From NCBI GenBank assembly GCA_023429995.1, contig JAEZCE010000046.1, positions 27,283 to 91,282 on the forward strand: a stretch of DNA of 64,000 bases. The letters run 5' to 3'. The notes beneath the pieces are model-generated. The model made no database searches. It had not been told where the DNA came from and saw only the letters and a list, made by a program, of their open reading frames with translations. Position 1 is the stretch's first letter; every line of letters begins with the position of its first letter. Shown in pieces: positions 1-10,059 of the stretch. Position numbers and translations under genes: made by a program. This stretch comes from Bacillota bacterium (GTDB taxonomy: Bacteria > Bacillota > UBA4882 > UBA8346).

Positions 1-1
1 G

Positions 2-184
2 ATTCCAGCTAAGGATGCTTTACTCATCGAAAACAGCAATTCTCCCTATGCGAATATCTTGGCTGTACGCGCTAAAGATAAAAATAACCCCACTTTAAAA
101 AAACTGGCCAAAGCCTTAACCAGCAAAAAAGTTAAAGATTTTATTCTCACCCAATATAGAGGAAGCATTGTCCCGGTATTTTAA
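2..184 (+). CDS. MetQ/NlpA-family substrate-binding lipoprotein, C-terminal fragment (N-terminus outside window)
   Basis: Frame-2 ORF is open from the window edge to TAA at 182-184. Translation ...IPAKDALLIENSNSPYANILAVRAKDKNNPTLKKLAKALTSKKVKDFILTQYRGSIVPVF resembles MetQ/NlpA C-termini. Confidence 0.6.
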   Translation: MPAKDALLIENSNSPYANILAVRAKDKNNPTLKKLAKALTSKKVKDFILTQYRGSIVPVF

Positions 185-210
185 CGATTCGTCACAATTA
201 ATCCTCCTAA

Positions 211-241
211 GCTCCGGTCTTATTTGCCGGAGCTTTTTATT
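211..241 (+). terminator. Rho-independent terminator after the metQ-like gene
   Basis: GCTCCGG (211-217) pairs with CCGGAGC (227-233), followed by TTTTTAT. Confidence 0.6.
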
Positions 242-534
242 TACTTCATTTAGCTAAAGCCCCGTATAACGTGTATAGTTTCAATCCCAACAATCGAGAC
301 TATTATTTGAGGTATGTTCATAAGGATTTAACATTGTTTTTGTCATATATATGTTATTATTTATTAAAAGCTAACATAATTAATTAGCTTATTTTAGATC
401 TTTAACCTTTTATTTTATATTCTTTGGCTAATCTTTAATTATTTATAATTTGCAGAAATGCAATATGTTATCTTTTTGTCAATTGCTATGTCATACAGTC
501 CTACAGTAATATAAAATGACTATAGGAGTTCCGT

Positions 535-1221
535 ATGTTTAAAAATATCAAAATTAATCGGATCAGCGATGAAATCGCTTTCCAAATCAAAGAAATGGTT
601 TTAAAAAATGAGCTTCAGTCCGGCAATAGACTCCCTACCGAACTGGAACTGGCTGAGATGTTTTCCGTCAGTCGCACCGCTGTCCGTGAAGCTTTATTCA
701 GTCTGGAAGCCCAGGGCCTTATTGAACGAAAAAAAAGCGGTGGGACCATCATCAAACAGTTCAGCGCCAGTAAAATCTTGGAGTCCATCGTTTTTGCGCC
801 CAAAAGCGATTTGGACATGTTTACTGATTTTATGGAAGTCCGCAAAGTGCTGGAAAGTCATATCGTCTCACTTGCCATTGAAAAAAGCCAACCCGGAGAT
901 TTTGAACTGATCCAACAATCCCTACTCAATTTGGAGTCTGAAATTATTCAAGAAGGAAACGGGGTGGAGTCCGATATTATGTTTCATCTCAGTTTGGCTG
1001 CATGCACCCATAACCAGGTTCTCATCAGTTTAATTAAATCCATCAGCGACATGTTGAGGGTTAGCCGCGAAAAGACTTTGCAATATCCCGGGCGGCTTTT
1101 GGAATGCCTAAAAGAACACAAGGCAATTTTTATGGCCATTCAGTCCAAGGATACCGCCGAGGCGAAACGGTTAATGATTCACCACCTGGATCAGGCCCTT
1201 CACATCGCACATCAAATCTAA
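535..1221 (+). CDS. GntR-family (FadR/FCD-type) transcriptional regulator
   Basis: N-terminal winged-helix motif (LPTELELAEMFSVSRTAVREAL) plus a helical C-terminal FCD-like domain. AGGAG lies upstream of the ATG. Confidence 0.85.
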   Translation: MFKNIKINRISDEIAFQIKEMVLKNELQSGNRLPTELELAEMFSVSRTAVREALFSLEAQGLIERKKSGGTIIKQFSASKILESIVFAPKSDLDMFTDFMEVRKVLESHIVSLAIEKSQPGDFELIQQSLLNLESEIIQEGNGVESDIMFHLSLAACTHNQVLISLIKSISDMLRVSREKTLQYPGRLLECLKEHKAIFMAIQSKDTAEAKRLMIHHLDQALHIAHQI

Positions 1222-1244
1222 TCCAATGAATAAGGGGTAAATTT

Positions 1245-2030
1245 ATGGGAGACTCTCAAACTTTATTACAAGTCAGCGAATTGACCAAACAATTTAAAGG
1301 TTTGCTGGCCGTAGACCATTACCAACTCAACATTTCCTCCGGGGAAATTGTGGGCCTAATCGGTCCTAACGGCGCCGGCAAAACCACGGTCTTTAATTTA
1401 CTGACCGGCATATTCCCGCCCAGTTCTGGAAGGATCCAACTCAAAGGCCATGATATTACCGGATTCCGGCCGGATAGAATCGCCAAAAGGGGTATGGCCC
1501 GGACTTTCCAAAACATCCGATTATTTGGAGAATTGTCGGCCTTACAAAATGTATTAGTGGCAGCGCAAATTCACAAAAAATACCATTTAGGCAGCGCCTT
1601 GCTGGGGACCTTCGCATTCGGGAAAGAAGAAAAAATACTGGTCTCCAAAGCCCAGCGATATTTGGAGGCTTTGGGTATTCTTGATATCGGAAATCAATTG
1701 GCGAAAAATCTTCCCTATGGTATGCAACGAAAACTGGAGATTGCCAGGGCTTTGGCAACCGAACCCCAACTCTTGTTATTGGATGAACCAGCCGCTGGAA
1801 TGAATCATCAAGAAAGCGCGGAGCTAACAGAAAATATCCGTAAATTGCGGGATGAGTTTAATTTGGCAATTATCCTCATCGAACACGACATGCATGTCGT
1901 GATGAATCTGTGCCAACGTTTACAGGTTCTGAGTTACGGCAAAATCATCGCCGAGGGAACACCGGATACCATTAAAAGGAATCCCATCGTTATCGAGGCT
2001 TATCTGGGGAGGGCTAAAACCAGTGCTTGA
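1245..2030 (+). CDS. Branched-chain-amino-acid-type ABC transporter ATP-binding protein (LivG-like)
   Basis: Walker A GPNGAGKTT, signature and Walker B LLLLDEPAAGM, and the LivG-type C-terminal extension. Confidence 0.9.
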   Translation: MGDSQTLLQVSELTKQFKGLLAVDHYQLNISSGEIVGLIGPNGAGKTTVFNLLTGIFPPSSGRIQLKGHDITGFRPDRIAKRGMARTFQNIRLFGELSALQNVLVAAQIHKKYHLGSALLGTFAFGKEEKILVSKAQRYLEALGILDIGNQLAKNLPYGMQRKLEIARALATEPQLLLLDEPAAGMNHQESAELTENIRKLRDEFNLAIILIEHDMHVVMNLCQRLQVLSYGKIIAEGTPDTIKRNPIVIEAYLGRAKTSA

Positions 2031-2727
2031 ATTGAAAGAACTCGATCTTTTCTATGGCAATATTCAAGCGGTCAGAAATTTATCGCTAAAAGTAAAGCAA
2101 GGCGAATTAGTGGCCTTGCTCGGAGCCAACGGCGCCGGAAAAACCAGTACCCTGCGAGGCATCTCCGGCATGCTTAAGCCTCGCAAAGGCCAAGTTTTCT
2201 TTAATGGACAAGATTTAACCAAGGTCAGCCCTCATCAGATTGTAGGTTTTGGGTTGGCGCACTGCCCGGAAGGCCGGGGGATTTTCGCCCGTATTAGTGT
2301 GCTCGACAATTTAAAAATTGGCGCCTACCTTTGTACGGACAAAAAACAAATTCAACGGGATCTGGATTGGGTCTTTACGCTCTTCCCGATTCTGGCCGAA
2401 CGCAAAACCCAGATAGCAGGCACACTTTCCGGCGGAGAACAGCAGATGTTGGCTATCGGTCGCTCTCTGATGTCCCGTCCGTCGATGTTGCTCTTTGATG
2501 AGCCCTCCCTTGGGCTCGCTCCCCTTATCATCGAAAAAATTTATACGGTAATCGCCACGTTGAAAAAAGAGGGCAAAACGATTTTACTGGTTGAGCAAAA
2601 TGCCTACGCCGCGCTGGAAGTCGCTGACCGGGCTTACGTGCTGGAATCTGGCTCCCTCAAACTTTCCGGTACTACGGCGGAATTGCTCCAAAATGAAGCT
2701 GTGAAAAATGCCTATCTTGGAGGATAA
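2023..2727 (+). CDS. Branched-chain-amino-acid-type ABC transporter ATP-binding protein (LivF-like)
   Basis: GTG start overlaps the livG-like stop. Walker A GANGAGKTS, signature LSGGEQQ, Walker B LLFDEPS. Confidence 0.9.
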   Translation: MLELKELDLFYGNIQAVRNLSLKVKQGELVALLGANGAGKTSTLRGISGMLKPRKGQVFFNGQDLTKVSPHQIVGFGLAHCPEGRGIFARISVLDNLKIGAYLCTDKKQIQRDLDWVFTLFPILAERKTQIAGTLSGGEQQMLAIGRSLMSRPSMLLFDEPSLGLAPLIIEKIYTVIATLKKEGKTILLVEQNAYAALEVADRAYVLESGSLKLSGTTAELLQNEAVKNAYLGG

Positions 2728-2731
2728 TATT

Positions 2732-3628
2732 ATGAGCCTTGCGTATCTGATTCAAAACACCATCGATGGCCTCAGTCTAGGCAGCATCTATGCATTGATC
2801 GCCATCGGCTTTTCCCTAACTTTCAGCATTTTAAGGCTGATCAACTTTGCACATGGCGATATCTTAATGATCGGCGCTTATTGCGCTCTTTTTATCATCA
2901 CCGGAATGCATCTTCCCTTATGGGCTGCTCTAATTTTAGCAATGGCCTTTGCCGCCCTGTTTGGAATTTTCATTGAACGAATAGCTTACCGTCCCTTGCG
3001 AGGCGCCAATGATGTCGCCGCTTTGATCGCGTCACTGGCAGTCTCGATCATCATCCAAAATACCGGAATCATGACCGTCACCGCTCAACCCCGCAAATTT
3101 GAAATCCCGGAAATACTAACCGTAATTCATAACTTCGGTAAGATTTCCGTCAGCAATATGACTTTACTCATTATCTCGCTCTCGGTGTTGCTGATGATAG
3201 CTTTTTCACTATTCGTCACCCATACGAAGATAGGTGTGGCCATGCGCGCTTGTTCCGAAAACATCGGCGTGGCCCAGTTAATGGGAATCGATATCAACCG
3301 GGTTATTGCGGTTACTTTTGCCTTGGGTTCGGGAATGGCTGCAGTCTCCGGAATTATGCTGGCTGGACAGTATGGACGGATTGAGCCGTTAATGGGTTTC
3401 ATCCCTGGATTAAAAGCCTTTGTAGCCGCTGTAATCGGAGGCATCGGCAGTGTCTCCGGGGCTGCTTTGGGAGGCTTTATTCTGGGACTATCGGAAATTT
3501 TGCTGGTGGCCCTCTTGCCTCCCTCTTACTCCGGTTATCGGGATGCCTTTGTTTTCATCCTGTTGATTCTGGTTTTGCTTTTTAAACCGTCCGGCTTACT
3601 CGGACAAGCCGAAGGGAGAAAAGTATGA
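2732..3628 (+). CDS. Liv-type ABC transporter permease (LivH-like)
   Basis: Polytopic membrane protein with the LivH-like N-terminus (NGLSLGSIYALIAIGFSL). GGAGGA lies 8 nt before the ATG at 2732, which I prefer over the track start at 2708. Confidence 0.85.
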   Translation: MSLAYLIQNTIDGLSLGSIYALIAIGFSLTFSILRLINFAHGDILMIGAYCALFIITGMHLPLWAALILAMAFAALFGIFIERIAYRPLRGANDVAALIASLAVSIIIQNTGIMTVTAQPRKFEIPEILTVIHNFGKISVSNMTLLIISLSVLLMIAFSLFVTHTKIGVAMRACSENIGVAQLMGIDINRVIAVTFALGSGMAAVSGIMLAGQYGRIEPLMGFIPGLKAFVAAVIGGIGSVSGAALGGFILGLSEILLVALLPPSYSGYRDAFVFILLILVLLFKPSGLLGQAEGRKV

Positions 3629-4674
3629 TGAACATCAAAACCGCCAAACTCTTGACCATATCTTTTCTTATCTTGTTCACAGGAGCGCTTTATCTCTTAA
3701 ACCGCTTGTTATCCCCTTACCACATGCAGATCATTAACTTGATCGGCATCAACATCATATTAGTCGTCAGTTTAAATCTCACCAATGGTTTTTGTGGAAT
3801 TTTTTCTTTGGGGCATGCGGGATTTATGGCGGTCGGAGCCTATGTCACCGCCATTTTAACCATACCAGCGGTAAAAAAGGGGGTTCTTTTACCCCAGCTT
3901 CCCGCATGGCTTGCCTCATTAGAACTTCCTTTCATACTGGCTATACTCCTCGGAGGGCTGGCGGCTTCTCTCTGCGCCTTGGTAATCGGTTATCCGGTGC
4001 TTCGTCTCCGCGGCCATTACTTAAGCGTGGCAACTTTAGGTTTTCTGGTTATCATCCAAGTCTTCATCACGCAGATGGATGGCTTGACCCGGGGAGCCCG
4101 GGGCCTCAACGGTTTAGAATCTTATACCAATGTTTGGTGGATCTGGTTTGGAGTGATTTTAACCATTTACGGAGTTGCTAAAGTGATTCATTCCGCTTAC
4201 GGCCGGGGTATGATTGCCATTAAAGAGGATGAACTGGCAGCTGAATGCCTGGGTGTCAATTTAACCGGCCACAAATTATTGGCTTTTTGCCTGAGCGCAT
4301 TTTTCGCCGGTATCGGCGGGGCGTTGTGGGGCCACCTAATCACCGTGATTACTCCGGGGTCTTTCTCGTATAGTCAAACGTTCAATTTAGTCGTTATGTC
4401 GGTGGTGGGCGGCATGAGCAGCATAACCGGGGGTGTGGTTGGCGCCCTGGTAATGACATTAGTGCCGGAACTTTTGCGCAATCTTGAATCAGGAATCACG
4501 CTTTGGGGCATTAGCTTACCGCCGCTATACGGTTTAAGCCAGATTATTCTCGCAGTCGCCCTAATTCTGGTCATACTGTTCCGCCCTAACGGCTTATTAG
4601 GCCGCTGGGAATTTTCCTGGACCAAATTTCATTTCAAAACCAAACTCCGCAAAGGTGGTGGTTACTCTCATTAA
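3625..4674 (+). CDS. Liv-type ABC transporter permease (LivM-like)
   Basis: Polytopic; LivM-like motifs (GHAGFMAVGAY, LRGHYLSVATLGF). The ATG overlaps the upstream stop. Confidence 0.85.
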   Translation: MMNIKTAKLLTISFLILFTGALYLLNRLLSPYHMQIINLIGINIILVVSLNLTNGFCGIFSLGHAGFMAVGAYVTAILTIPAVKKGVLLPQLPAWLASLELPFILAILLGGLAASLCALVIGYPVLRLRGHYLSVATLGFLVIIQVFITQMDGLTRGARGLNGLESYTNVWWIWFGVILTIYGVAKVIHSAYGRGMIAIKEDELAAECLGVNLTGHKLLAFCLSAFFAGIGGALWGHLITVITPGSFSYSQTFNLVVMSVVGGMSSITGGVVGALVMTLVPELLRNLESGITLWGISLPPLYGLSQIILAVALILVILFRPNGLLGRWEFSWTKFHFKTKLRKGGGYSH

Positions 4675-4730
4675 ATTAAACTAACTTGGTATTATCTCAA
4701 TCATATCAAAATTTAATGGAGGCATTTACG

Positions 4731-5879
4731 ATGAAAAAATTTCTTGTACCGTTCCTCATGATCATGCTATTATTCACCTGCAACATCTTTGCTGCGACCG
4801 CACCGATAAAAATCGGCGCAATTTATAACCTAACCGGCGACCAATCTTCCCTTGATGCTCCGTCGCTAAATGGTTTTAAACTGGCTGCCAAAGAGATTAA
4901 CGCTGCCGGCGGAGTGTTGGGACGAAAAATCCAAGTTGTCAGTCTTGATGGAAAAACCGATCAATCCATTTCCACCAATGCTGCTTTAAAATTGGTCAAT
5001 GTTGAAAAAGTCGCGGCAATCGCCGGCTTCAGCGATTCCAACTATGCGCTTGCCGCCGGTCCTATTGCTCAGAAAGCCAAAATTCCTTTCATTACTTCCG
5101 GCGCAACCCTGCCTTCCATGCCGGACCAAGTGGGCGACTATTTCTTTATGACGCCTTATGGCGATAATACTCAAGCCTATGTTGGCGCCGAATTCGCCAG
5201 TAAAGATTTGAAAGCGAAAACCGCATATGTACTAAAGGATACTGCCATGGACTTCACCGTCAATTTAGCAGCCTACTTTGTAGAACGTTTCAAAAAAATC
5301 AACGGGAAAGACGCTATTGTTTTAGAAGATAACTTCAAAACCGGCGACCAAGACTTTTCGGCCCAAGTCAACCGGTTAAAAGCTCTGGCTAAAAAGCCGG
5401 ATTTGCTCTATATTTCTTCAGGTCCTTCCGAATGCGGCATCATTGTGAAACAAATCCGCGCTGCCGGAATCAATACTCCAGTCATCAGCGGTGACGGTTT
5501 TGATACCCCCTTGCTAACCGAATTAGGCGGCAAAGGCGCCAATATTGAAACTTACTTCACCACCCATGCCAGCTTGACCAGCGAAGAACCGAAAGTCAAA
5601 AAGTTCGTTCAAGCCTATAAAAACGAATTTAAATCCGATCCGGAGAATGCTTTTGCAGCTCTAGGCTATGATACCATGTATTTGATTGTTGATGCCGTCA
5701 AACGGGCCAAATCCGTCAATCCCACGGCCATCCGTAATGCTTTGGCCAAAACCTCCAATTTCAAAGCAGTTACCGGAACCATCACGTATCCGGAAAACTC
5801 GCGAGTCCCTTTGAAATCAGTCGCTGTCTTAAAGGTTGTTGACGGCCAGTTCAAATTCGTGAAATCAGTGACTCCATAA
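4731..5879 (+). CDS. Liv-type periplasmic/extracellular substrate-binding protein (type I PBP)
   Basis: Signal peptide MKKFLVPFLMIMLLF...; IKIGAIYNLTG and GGVLGRKI motifs typical of LivJ/K-like binding proteins. GGAGG precedes the ATG at 4731. Confidence 0.85.
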   Translation: MKKFLVPFLMIMLLFTCNIFAATAPIKIGAIYNLTGDQSSLDAPSLNGFKLAAKEINAAGGVLGRKIQVVSLDGKTDQSISTNAALKLVNVEKVAAIAGFSDSNYALAAGPIAQKAKIPFITSGATLPSMPDQVGDYFFMTPYGDNTQAYVGAEFASKDLKAKTAYVLKDTAMDFTVNLAAYFVERFKKINGKDAIVLEDNFKTGDQDFSAQVNRLKALAKKPDLLYISSGPSECGIIVKQIRAAGINTPVISGDGFDTPLLTELGGKGANIETYFTTHASLTSEEPKVKKFVQAYKNEFKSDPENAFAALGYDTMYLIVDAVKRAKSVNPTAIRNALAKTSNFKAVTGTITYPENSRVPLKSVAVLKVVDGQFKFVKSVTP

Positions 5880-5966
5880 TCGAGTCTCTATATGAAATGC
5901 CAGGGCTACCGGGAGATATCCCGGAGCCCTTTTCATCATTTTATTATTGGTAAAGGAGGTTTTATC

Positions 5967-6734
5967 ATGAGTTTACTGCAAAAAATGACCGGTCACCAAT
6001 ACAAGGACGGTCCTAAATTCGATAAAGCGATTATCGCAGTGGGTTCCTGTGAAAATCACGGTTCCCATCTTCCGTTCGGGACGGATACCTTTGTCTCTTC
6101 GATGCTGGCCGAGAAAGTGGCCGAACAAATCGACGGTTTGCTGGTTTTACCTCCCGTTAATGTCGGAATGAGTCAACATTACGCTCATTTTCCTTTCAGT
6201 CTGACCTTACAGCCGGAAACTTTAATTGCTGTTTTAAAAGATATTCTGGAGAGCACCGTCAAAAACGGCATTGAAAAGATCTTCATCATGAACGGGCACG
6301 ATGGCAATATCGCCCCCATTGAGATTGCCGCCCGTGCCATTAAATTGGCCCATCCCAATGTAAAAATCGCAACTCTGGACGCCTGGTGGGTTACAGCCGG
6401 TAAACTATTACCCGCCGATACCTTTGAGGTATGGAATGGACTCGGCCACGCCGGAGAAGGCGAAACTTCTATCGGGCTTGCTCTTTTCCCGGAATTGATC
6501 GAGATGGAATATGCCAAAGGCGTAGTGCCGGTTCTACCGGAACATGTGGAAATCAAATGGAACTTTGCCGAACTCACCAATACCGGTGCAACCGGCGACC
6601 CAAGCAAAGCTACTGTCGCCAAAGGCCAAAAAATGGTTGAGGTGTTGGTAAAAGAAGTCGTCCGCTTCTTCCGAGAAATGGACGACAAGGATTGGAAATA
6701 CTCCTCGAAAGAGTCGGCATTACCTCAAAAATAA
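5967..6734 (+). CDS. Creatininase-family amidohydrolase
   Basis: GSCENHGSHLPFGTD and NGHDGN motifs are typical of the creatininase/ArfB/MftE family. AGGAGG precedes the ATG at 5967. Confidence 0.75.
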   Translation: MSLLQKMTGHQYKDGPKFDKAIIAVGSCENHGSHLPFGTDTFVSSMLAEKVAEQIDGLLVLPPVNVGMSQHYAHFPFSLTLQPETLIAVLKDILESTVKNGIEKIFIMNGHDGNIAPIEIAARAIKLAHPNVKIATLDAWWVTAGKLLPADTFEVWNGLGHAGEGETSIGLALFPELIEMEYAKGVVPVLPEHVEIKWNFAELTNTGATGDPSKATVAKGQKMVEVLVKEVVRFFREMDDKDWKYSSKESALPQK

Positions 6735-6822
6735 GATTGTATGGTTTAAAGATAGGAATTTTCTCCTCCGTCATTTGCTTTTATTCCCGAAAATTCCCGC
6801 CCAAAAAAGCCGGAAATAAAAT

Positions 6823-6860
6823 AAGGGGCCATTTCTTAGGATGGTCCCTTATTCTTTATT
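6823..6860. terminator. Bidirectional hairpin terminator between convergent genes
   Basis: AAGGGGCCAT (6823-6832) pairs with ATGGTCCCTT (6841-6850) with one G-U pair. T-rich runs lie on both sides. Confidence 0.5.
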
Positions 6861-6873
6861 GATGATTCTTAAA

Positions 6874-7827
6874 TTATTGGGCGCTCTGTTTCAACTGTTC
6901 CATAAACCCGGAATAATATTTCTTTTTTTCGTTGATAAATTTTTTGGAAGCCGCAATTCCATAATCCTCTACTTTAAAGCCTAATTTCTCCATTTCCTGT
7001 CTGAATTCAGGGGTGTGGTTAATTTTACTGAAAGCGTCCTCTAAAACTTTCATAACTTTCATCGGAGTCCCCGGAGGAACGGCAATACCCCGGTAAGTAC
7101 CTTCGACAATATTATAGCCTTGTTCTTTAAAAGTAGGAACATTTGGAAAACTACTTACCCGCTTTGCTGATTGAACTGCCAATGCCCTTACTTTATTTCC
7201 ATAACTCACCGCCATTGTAGGAGAAGTCATTAAAGCCAAAACACTATGGCCCAACAAAGCTGGTAAAGCTGTCCCGGAACCAGGATAATTCAAATATGTA
7301 ACTTTAGTTTTTGCCGCTTTCTCCAATTCAATAACGCCCAAATAATTGGCGGTATTAATACCGCTGCCGCCGATTGTAACCACAGAAGGATTGGCCTTAG
7401 CGTATTTAACCAAATCCTTTAAACTGCGAAAAGGGCTATCCTGTGCAACAATAAGTATATTGGGAGTACTGTTGAAAATATAAACCATATTAATATCTTC
7501 CGTTTTAAACCCAATATTGGGTTTTTCAATCGGTTGAATGATGATATGGGGCAAATTACAAACAGTGAGATTGTAACCATCCGGCTGACTCTTGACCAAT
7601 TCCGCCCAAGCGGTCGCTCCCCCGGCTCCCGGTTTAAAAACAATATTGACGGTCTGTCCCAAAAGGGTCGTTAATTGTGTTTGTTGCAATTTAGCGGCAA
7701 AATCGGATTCTCCACCCGCAGTAAACGGGATAATATAATTAATTGATTTTTCCGGGTACCCGGCTGCTAAGCATGGTACGACGAAACATAAACAAAGAAA
7801 AGCAACAACTAAAATTTTTCGCATCAT
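6874..7827 (-). CDS. Tripartite tricarboxylate transporter substrate-binding protein (TctC/Bug family)
   Basis: Signal peptide, then YPEKSINYIIPFTAGGESD and PGAGGATAW motifs typical of the Bug/TctC family. No tctA/tctB is adjacent. Confidence 0.8.
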   Translation of the reverse strand: MMRKILVVAFLCLCFVVPCLAAGYPEKSINYIIPFTAGGESDFAAKLQQTQLTTLLGQTVNIVFKPGAGGATAWAELVKSQPDGYNLTVCNLPHIIIQPIEKPNIGFKTEDINMVYIFNSTPNILIVAQDSPFRSLKDLVKYAKANPSVVTIGGSGINTANYLGVIELEKAAKTKVTYLNYPGSGTALPALLGHSVLALMTSPTMAVSYGNKVRALAVQSAKRVSSFPNVPTFKEQGYNIVEGTYRGIAVPPGTPMKVMKVLEDAFSKINHTPEFRQEMEKLGFKVEDYGIAASKKFINEKKKYYSGFMEQLKQSAQ

Positions 7828-7975
7828 CGAACTCTCCTTTAAAATCCTGTGATAATTTTTTCAAGTATTTTGCCCTGCAAATTTAGGTTTTCCCCCAACA
7901 CCTCCTTCAACAAAATAACTCCGCAAAATGCTAGGTTCAAAAATTAGCATCCTATAACATCCCACCCGTAAAGCT

Positions 7976-9706
7976 TTATCGACCATGGCCAATTTTAAAA
8001 GAAGCTACCGATTTACGTAAATCATCTGCAATATCATTTAAATTATCGGCAAGTGCCGCAACTTCTTCAACAGCAGCGCTTTGTTCTTCGGTAGTCGCCG
8101 AAATTTCCTCGGTGCTGGCCATACTTTCTTCGCTAATTGCCGCGATGGCACTGATGGCATCAATAACATTCTGATTCCGGGCAACCATTTTTTTTGCCGT
8201 TTCCGCCACTTCTTCTATTTGGTCCTTATTGGAAATCAGTAATTTAAAAATATCCGACAAAGTTACATTAGACTTTGCTATCAGGTCTTTTCCCACCTGG
8301 GAATGTTCAATTCCTTCTTGCATTACGGCTACGGCTTGTTCAATCTTAAGTTTCATTTCGGAAATAATCGTAGCAATGTCATTGGCTGCTTGTTTAGACT
8401 GTTCGGCCAATTTGCCGGTTTCTTGCGCAACAACGGCAAAACCTTTACCATGTTCTCCAGCCCGTGCCGCCTCAATTGCCGCATTTAAAGCCAACAAAGT
8501 TGTCTGGTCGGCAATCGTCGTAATGGCTGAAGATATATCACTAATCCTAACAGAGGCTTTGTTCAATTCATCAACAGAATCCGCCGCCTGTTGAGCGGTA
8601 CTAAAAACTTGATTAATAATATTGACGATATCGTTATTTGTTTTTTGCCCTAGTTGAGCCGATTCGGTTACTTTCTCCGATCCTGCCGCCATTTCTTGAT
8701 TATCCTTCGAAACTTTCATGACCAAATCAGAAAGCAAGTGGGCGCCCTGAGCGATTTGGGAAATCTGATTCGTTTGCTCACTTGCGCCGGCCGCCAATTG
8801 TTCCATAACTTGCGCCACTTGGTTGGCTGAGTCTCCGGTTTCCGAAGAAGCCTTTTTTAATTCCTGACTCGCTGAAAGCAGAGACTCGGATTGAAAATTA
8901 ATCTTTTTTACCAATTCTCGCAAACTGTTGATAGCTTGATTCAATCCTTCAACAACTCCAACAACTTCCGGGCAACCATAGTGATCAATGCTTTGGGTCA
9001 AATCTCCCAAAGCCAAAGCTTTCGAAGCAAATAAAATATTTTTAAGCGGGTTGGTGATCGAACGCGAAATTAATAGCCCCAGAAAAAAGGCGATGAATCC
9101 GCTTATAACCAGAATGAAAAGGGTAATCATTTTAGCCGATTCGGAAAACTGTTTGTTCTTGGTAAAAGTCTCTAAACTCAAATCCATTAATTTTTTTTGA
9201 ATGCGGTTTAACGGACCGTTACAGGCCTCCAGCTGTTCCCGAAAAGTGGCAAAATTAACTTGACTAGCTGGTGACTGACAAATCTCCTGAGCAGTTTGGT
9301 AATGATTCAAAATAATCTCGGTAGACTTTTTATCAATTCCGTTAAAATAATCAATGGTTGGTTCTGTATCATCGGGGAATGCTTGGGAAAGATCAGCTTG
9401 TCCGGAAATAGCCAGTTGATAATTATTTTGTGCTTGCGCAAAATAAACACGAATATTGGAGAGGTTCGATAATAAATTATTGCTGTTTACAAACGAAACA
9501 TAAGTGGACTGTTGCATCGTATTAATAATAGCGACGCTGGAAAATCCCAGGATGATTAAAAAAACGATCATTACCAAAACGATTGCTTGAATCTGATAAA
9601 AAATTTTAAGCCTTGAAAAATTGAAAAAATGAATTTTTTCCGATAAAAACTTAATAAAACCAAGGAATCGCTGTTTCAATAATTTCTCCTCCATTTTTGT
9701 CGCCAC
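7976..9706 (-). CDS. Methyl-accepting chemotaxis protein
   Basis: Two TM segments flank a sensor region, followed by a HAMP domain and the conserved signalling hairpin ([30 protein letters not shown]). The exact start is uncertain: GTG 9706, ATG 9694, or TTG 9679 with GGAGGAG upstream. Confidence 0.85.
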   Translation of the reverse strand: MATKMEEKLLKQRFLGFIKFLSEKIHFFNFSRLKIFYQIQAIVLVMIVFLIILGFSSVAIINTMQQSTYVSFVNSNNLLSNLSNIRVYFAQAQNNYQLAISGQADLSQAFPDDTEPTIDYFNGIDKKSTEIILNHYQTAQEICQSPASQVNFATFREQLEACNGPLNRIQKKLMDLSLETFTKNKQFSESAKMITLFILVISGFIAFFLGLLISRSITNPLKNILFASKALALGDLTQSIDHYGCPEVVGVVEGLNQAINSLRELVKKINFQSESLLSASQELKKASSETGDSANQVAQVMEQLAAGASEQTNQISQIAQGAHLLSDLVMKVSKDNQEMAAGSEKVTESAQLGQKTNNDIVNIINQVFSTAQQAADSVDELNKASVRISDISSAITTIADQTTLLALNAAIEAARAGEHGKGFAVVAQETGKLAEQSKQAANDIATIISEMKLKIEQAVAVMQEGIEHSQVGKDLIAKSNVTLSDIFKLLISNKDQIEEVAETAKKMVARNQNVIDAISAIAAISEESMASTEEISATTEEQSAAVEEVAALADNLNDIADDLRKSVASFKIGHGR

Positions 9707-10059
9707 ATCATTTCAATCTTATGAAATCACTATAACGTTCCACCCAGTTTTCAAATTCATCTATTATTCTTTAATCGGCAATAATCCGTAAATTAGTATA
9801 TTAATTTTTAATAATATTTATTTAACACATATCAAATTATCTAAAATAAATAGTAATTTAGTATGTTATATCCCTAGTTATTTTTACGTCTCCCCTAAAA
9901 AAAGATTAATCTTTCTTCAGCCAATCAGTAATTATTCATTAAAAAATCGCCAACCCGGGATTTAAATCAAAGGCCTTTAACGTCAAAAAATATTAATTTT
10001 AATAAATATAGGCCTTATAATTTAAATCCCAAGTTAAAGCGATTATTTTACCCAAGAAA

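Noticed and set aside
4686-4730. Upstream TTG start for the Liv-type binding protein. The same applies to the similar long-ORF starts at 2708, 5892, 12688, 17195, 20165, 33166, 42007, 43666 and 54828.
   Set aside because: In each case an internal ATG or GTG is preceded at 5-10 nt by a GGAGG-type RBS. That start also yields a proper N-terminus: a signal peptide, an HTH, or an overlap with the upstream stop.
6185-6688. 167-aa ORF antisense to the creatininase-family gene. The same applies to the other long antisense or alternative-frame ORFs in the track, such as 608-910, 3127-3444, 8229-8594, 23044-23409, 23875-24264 and 24299-24652.
   Set aside because: Each lies wholly inside a motif-supported gene in another frame (most antisense, 608-910 same-strand). 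They lack an RBS, have skewed low-complexity composition, and contain no recognisable domain. They are typical shadow ORFs.
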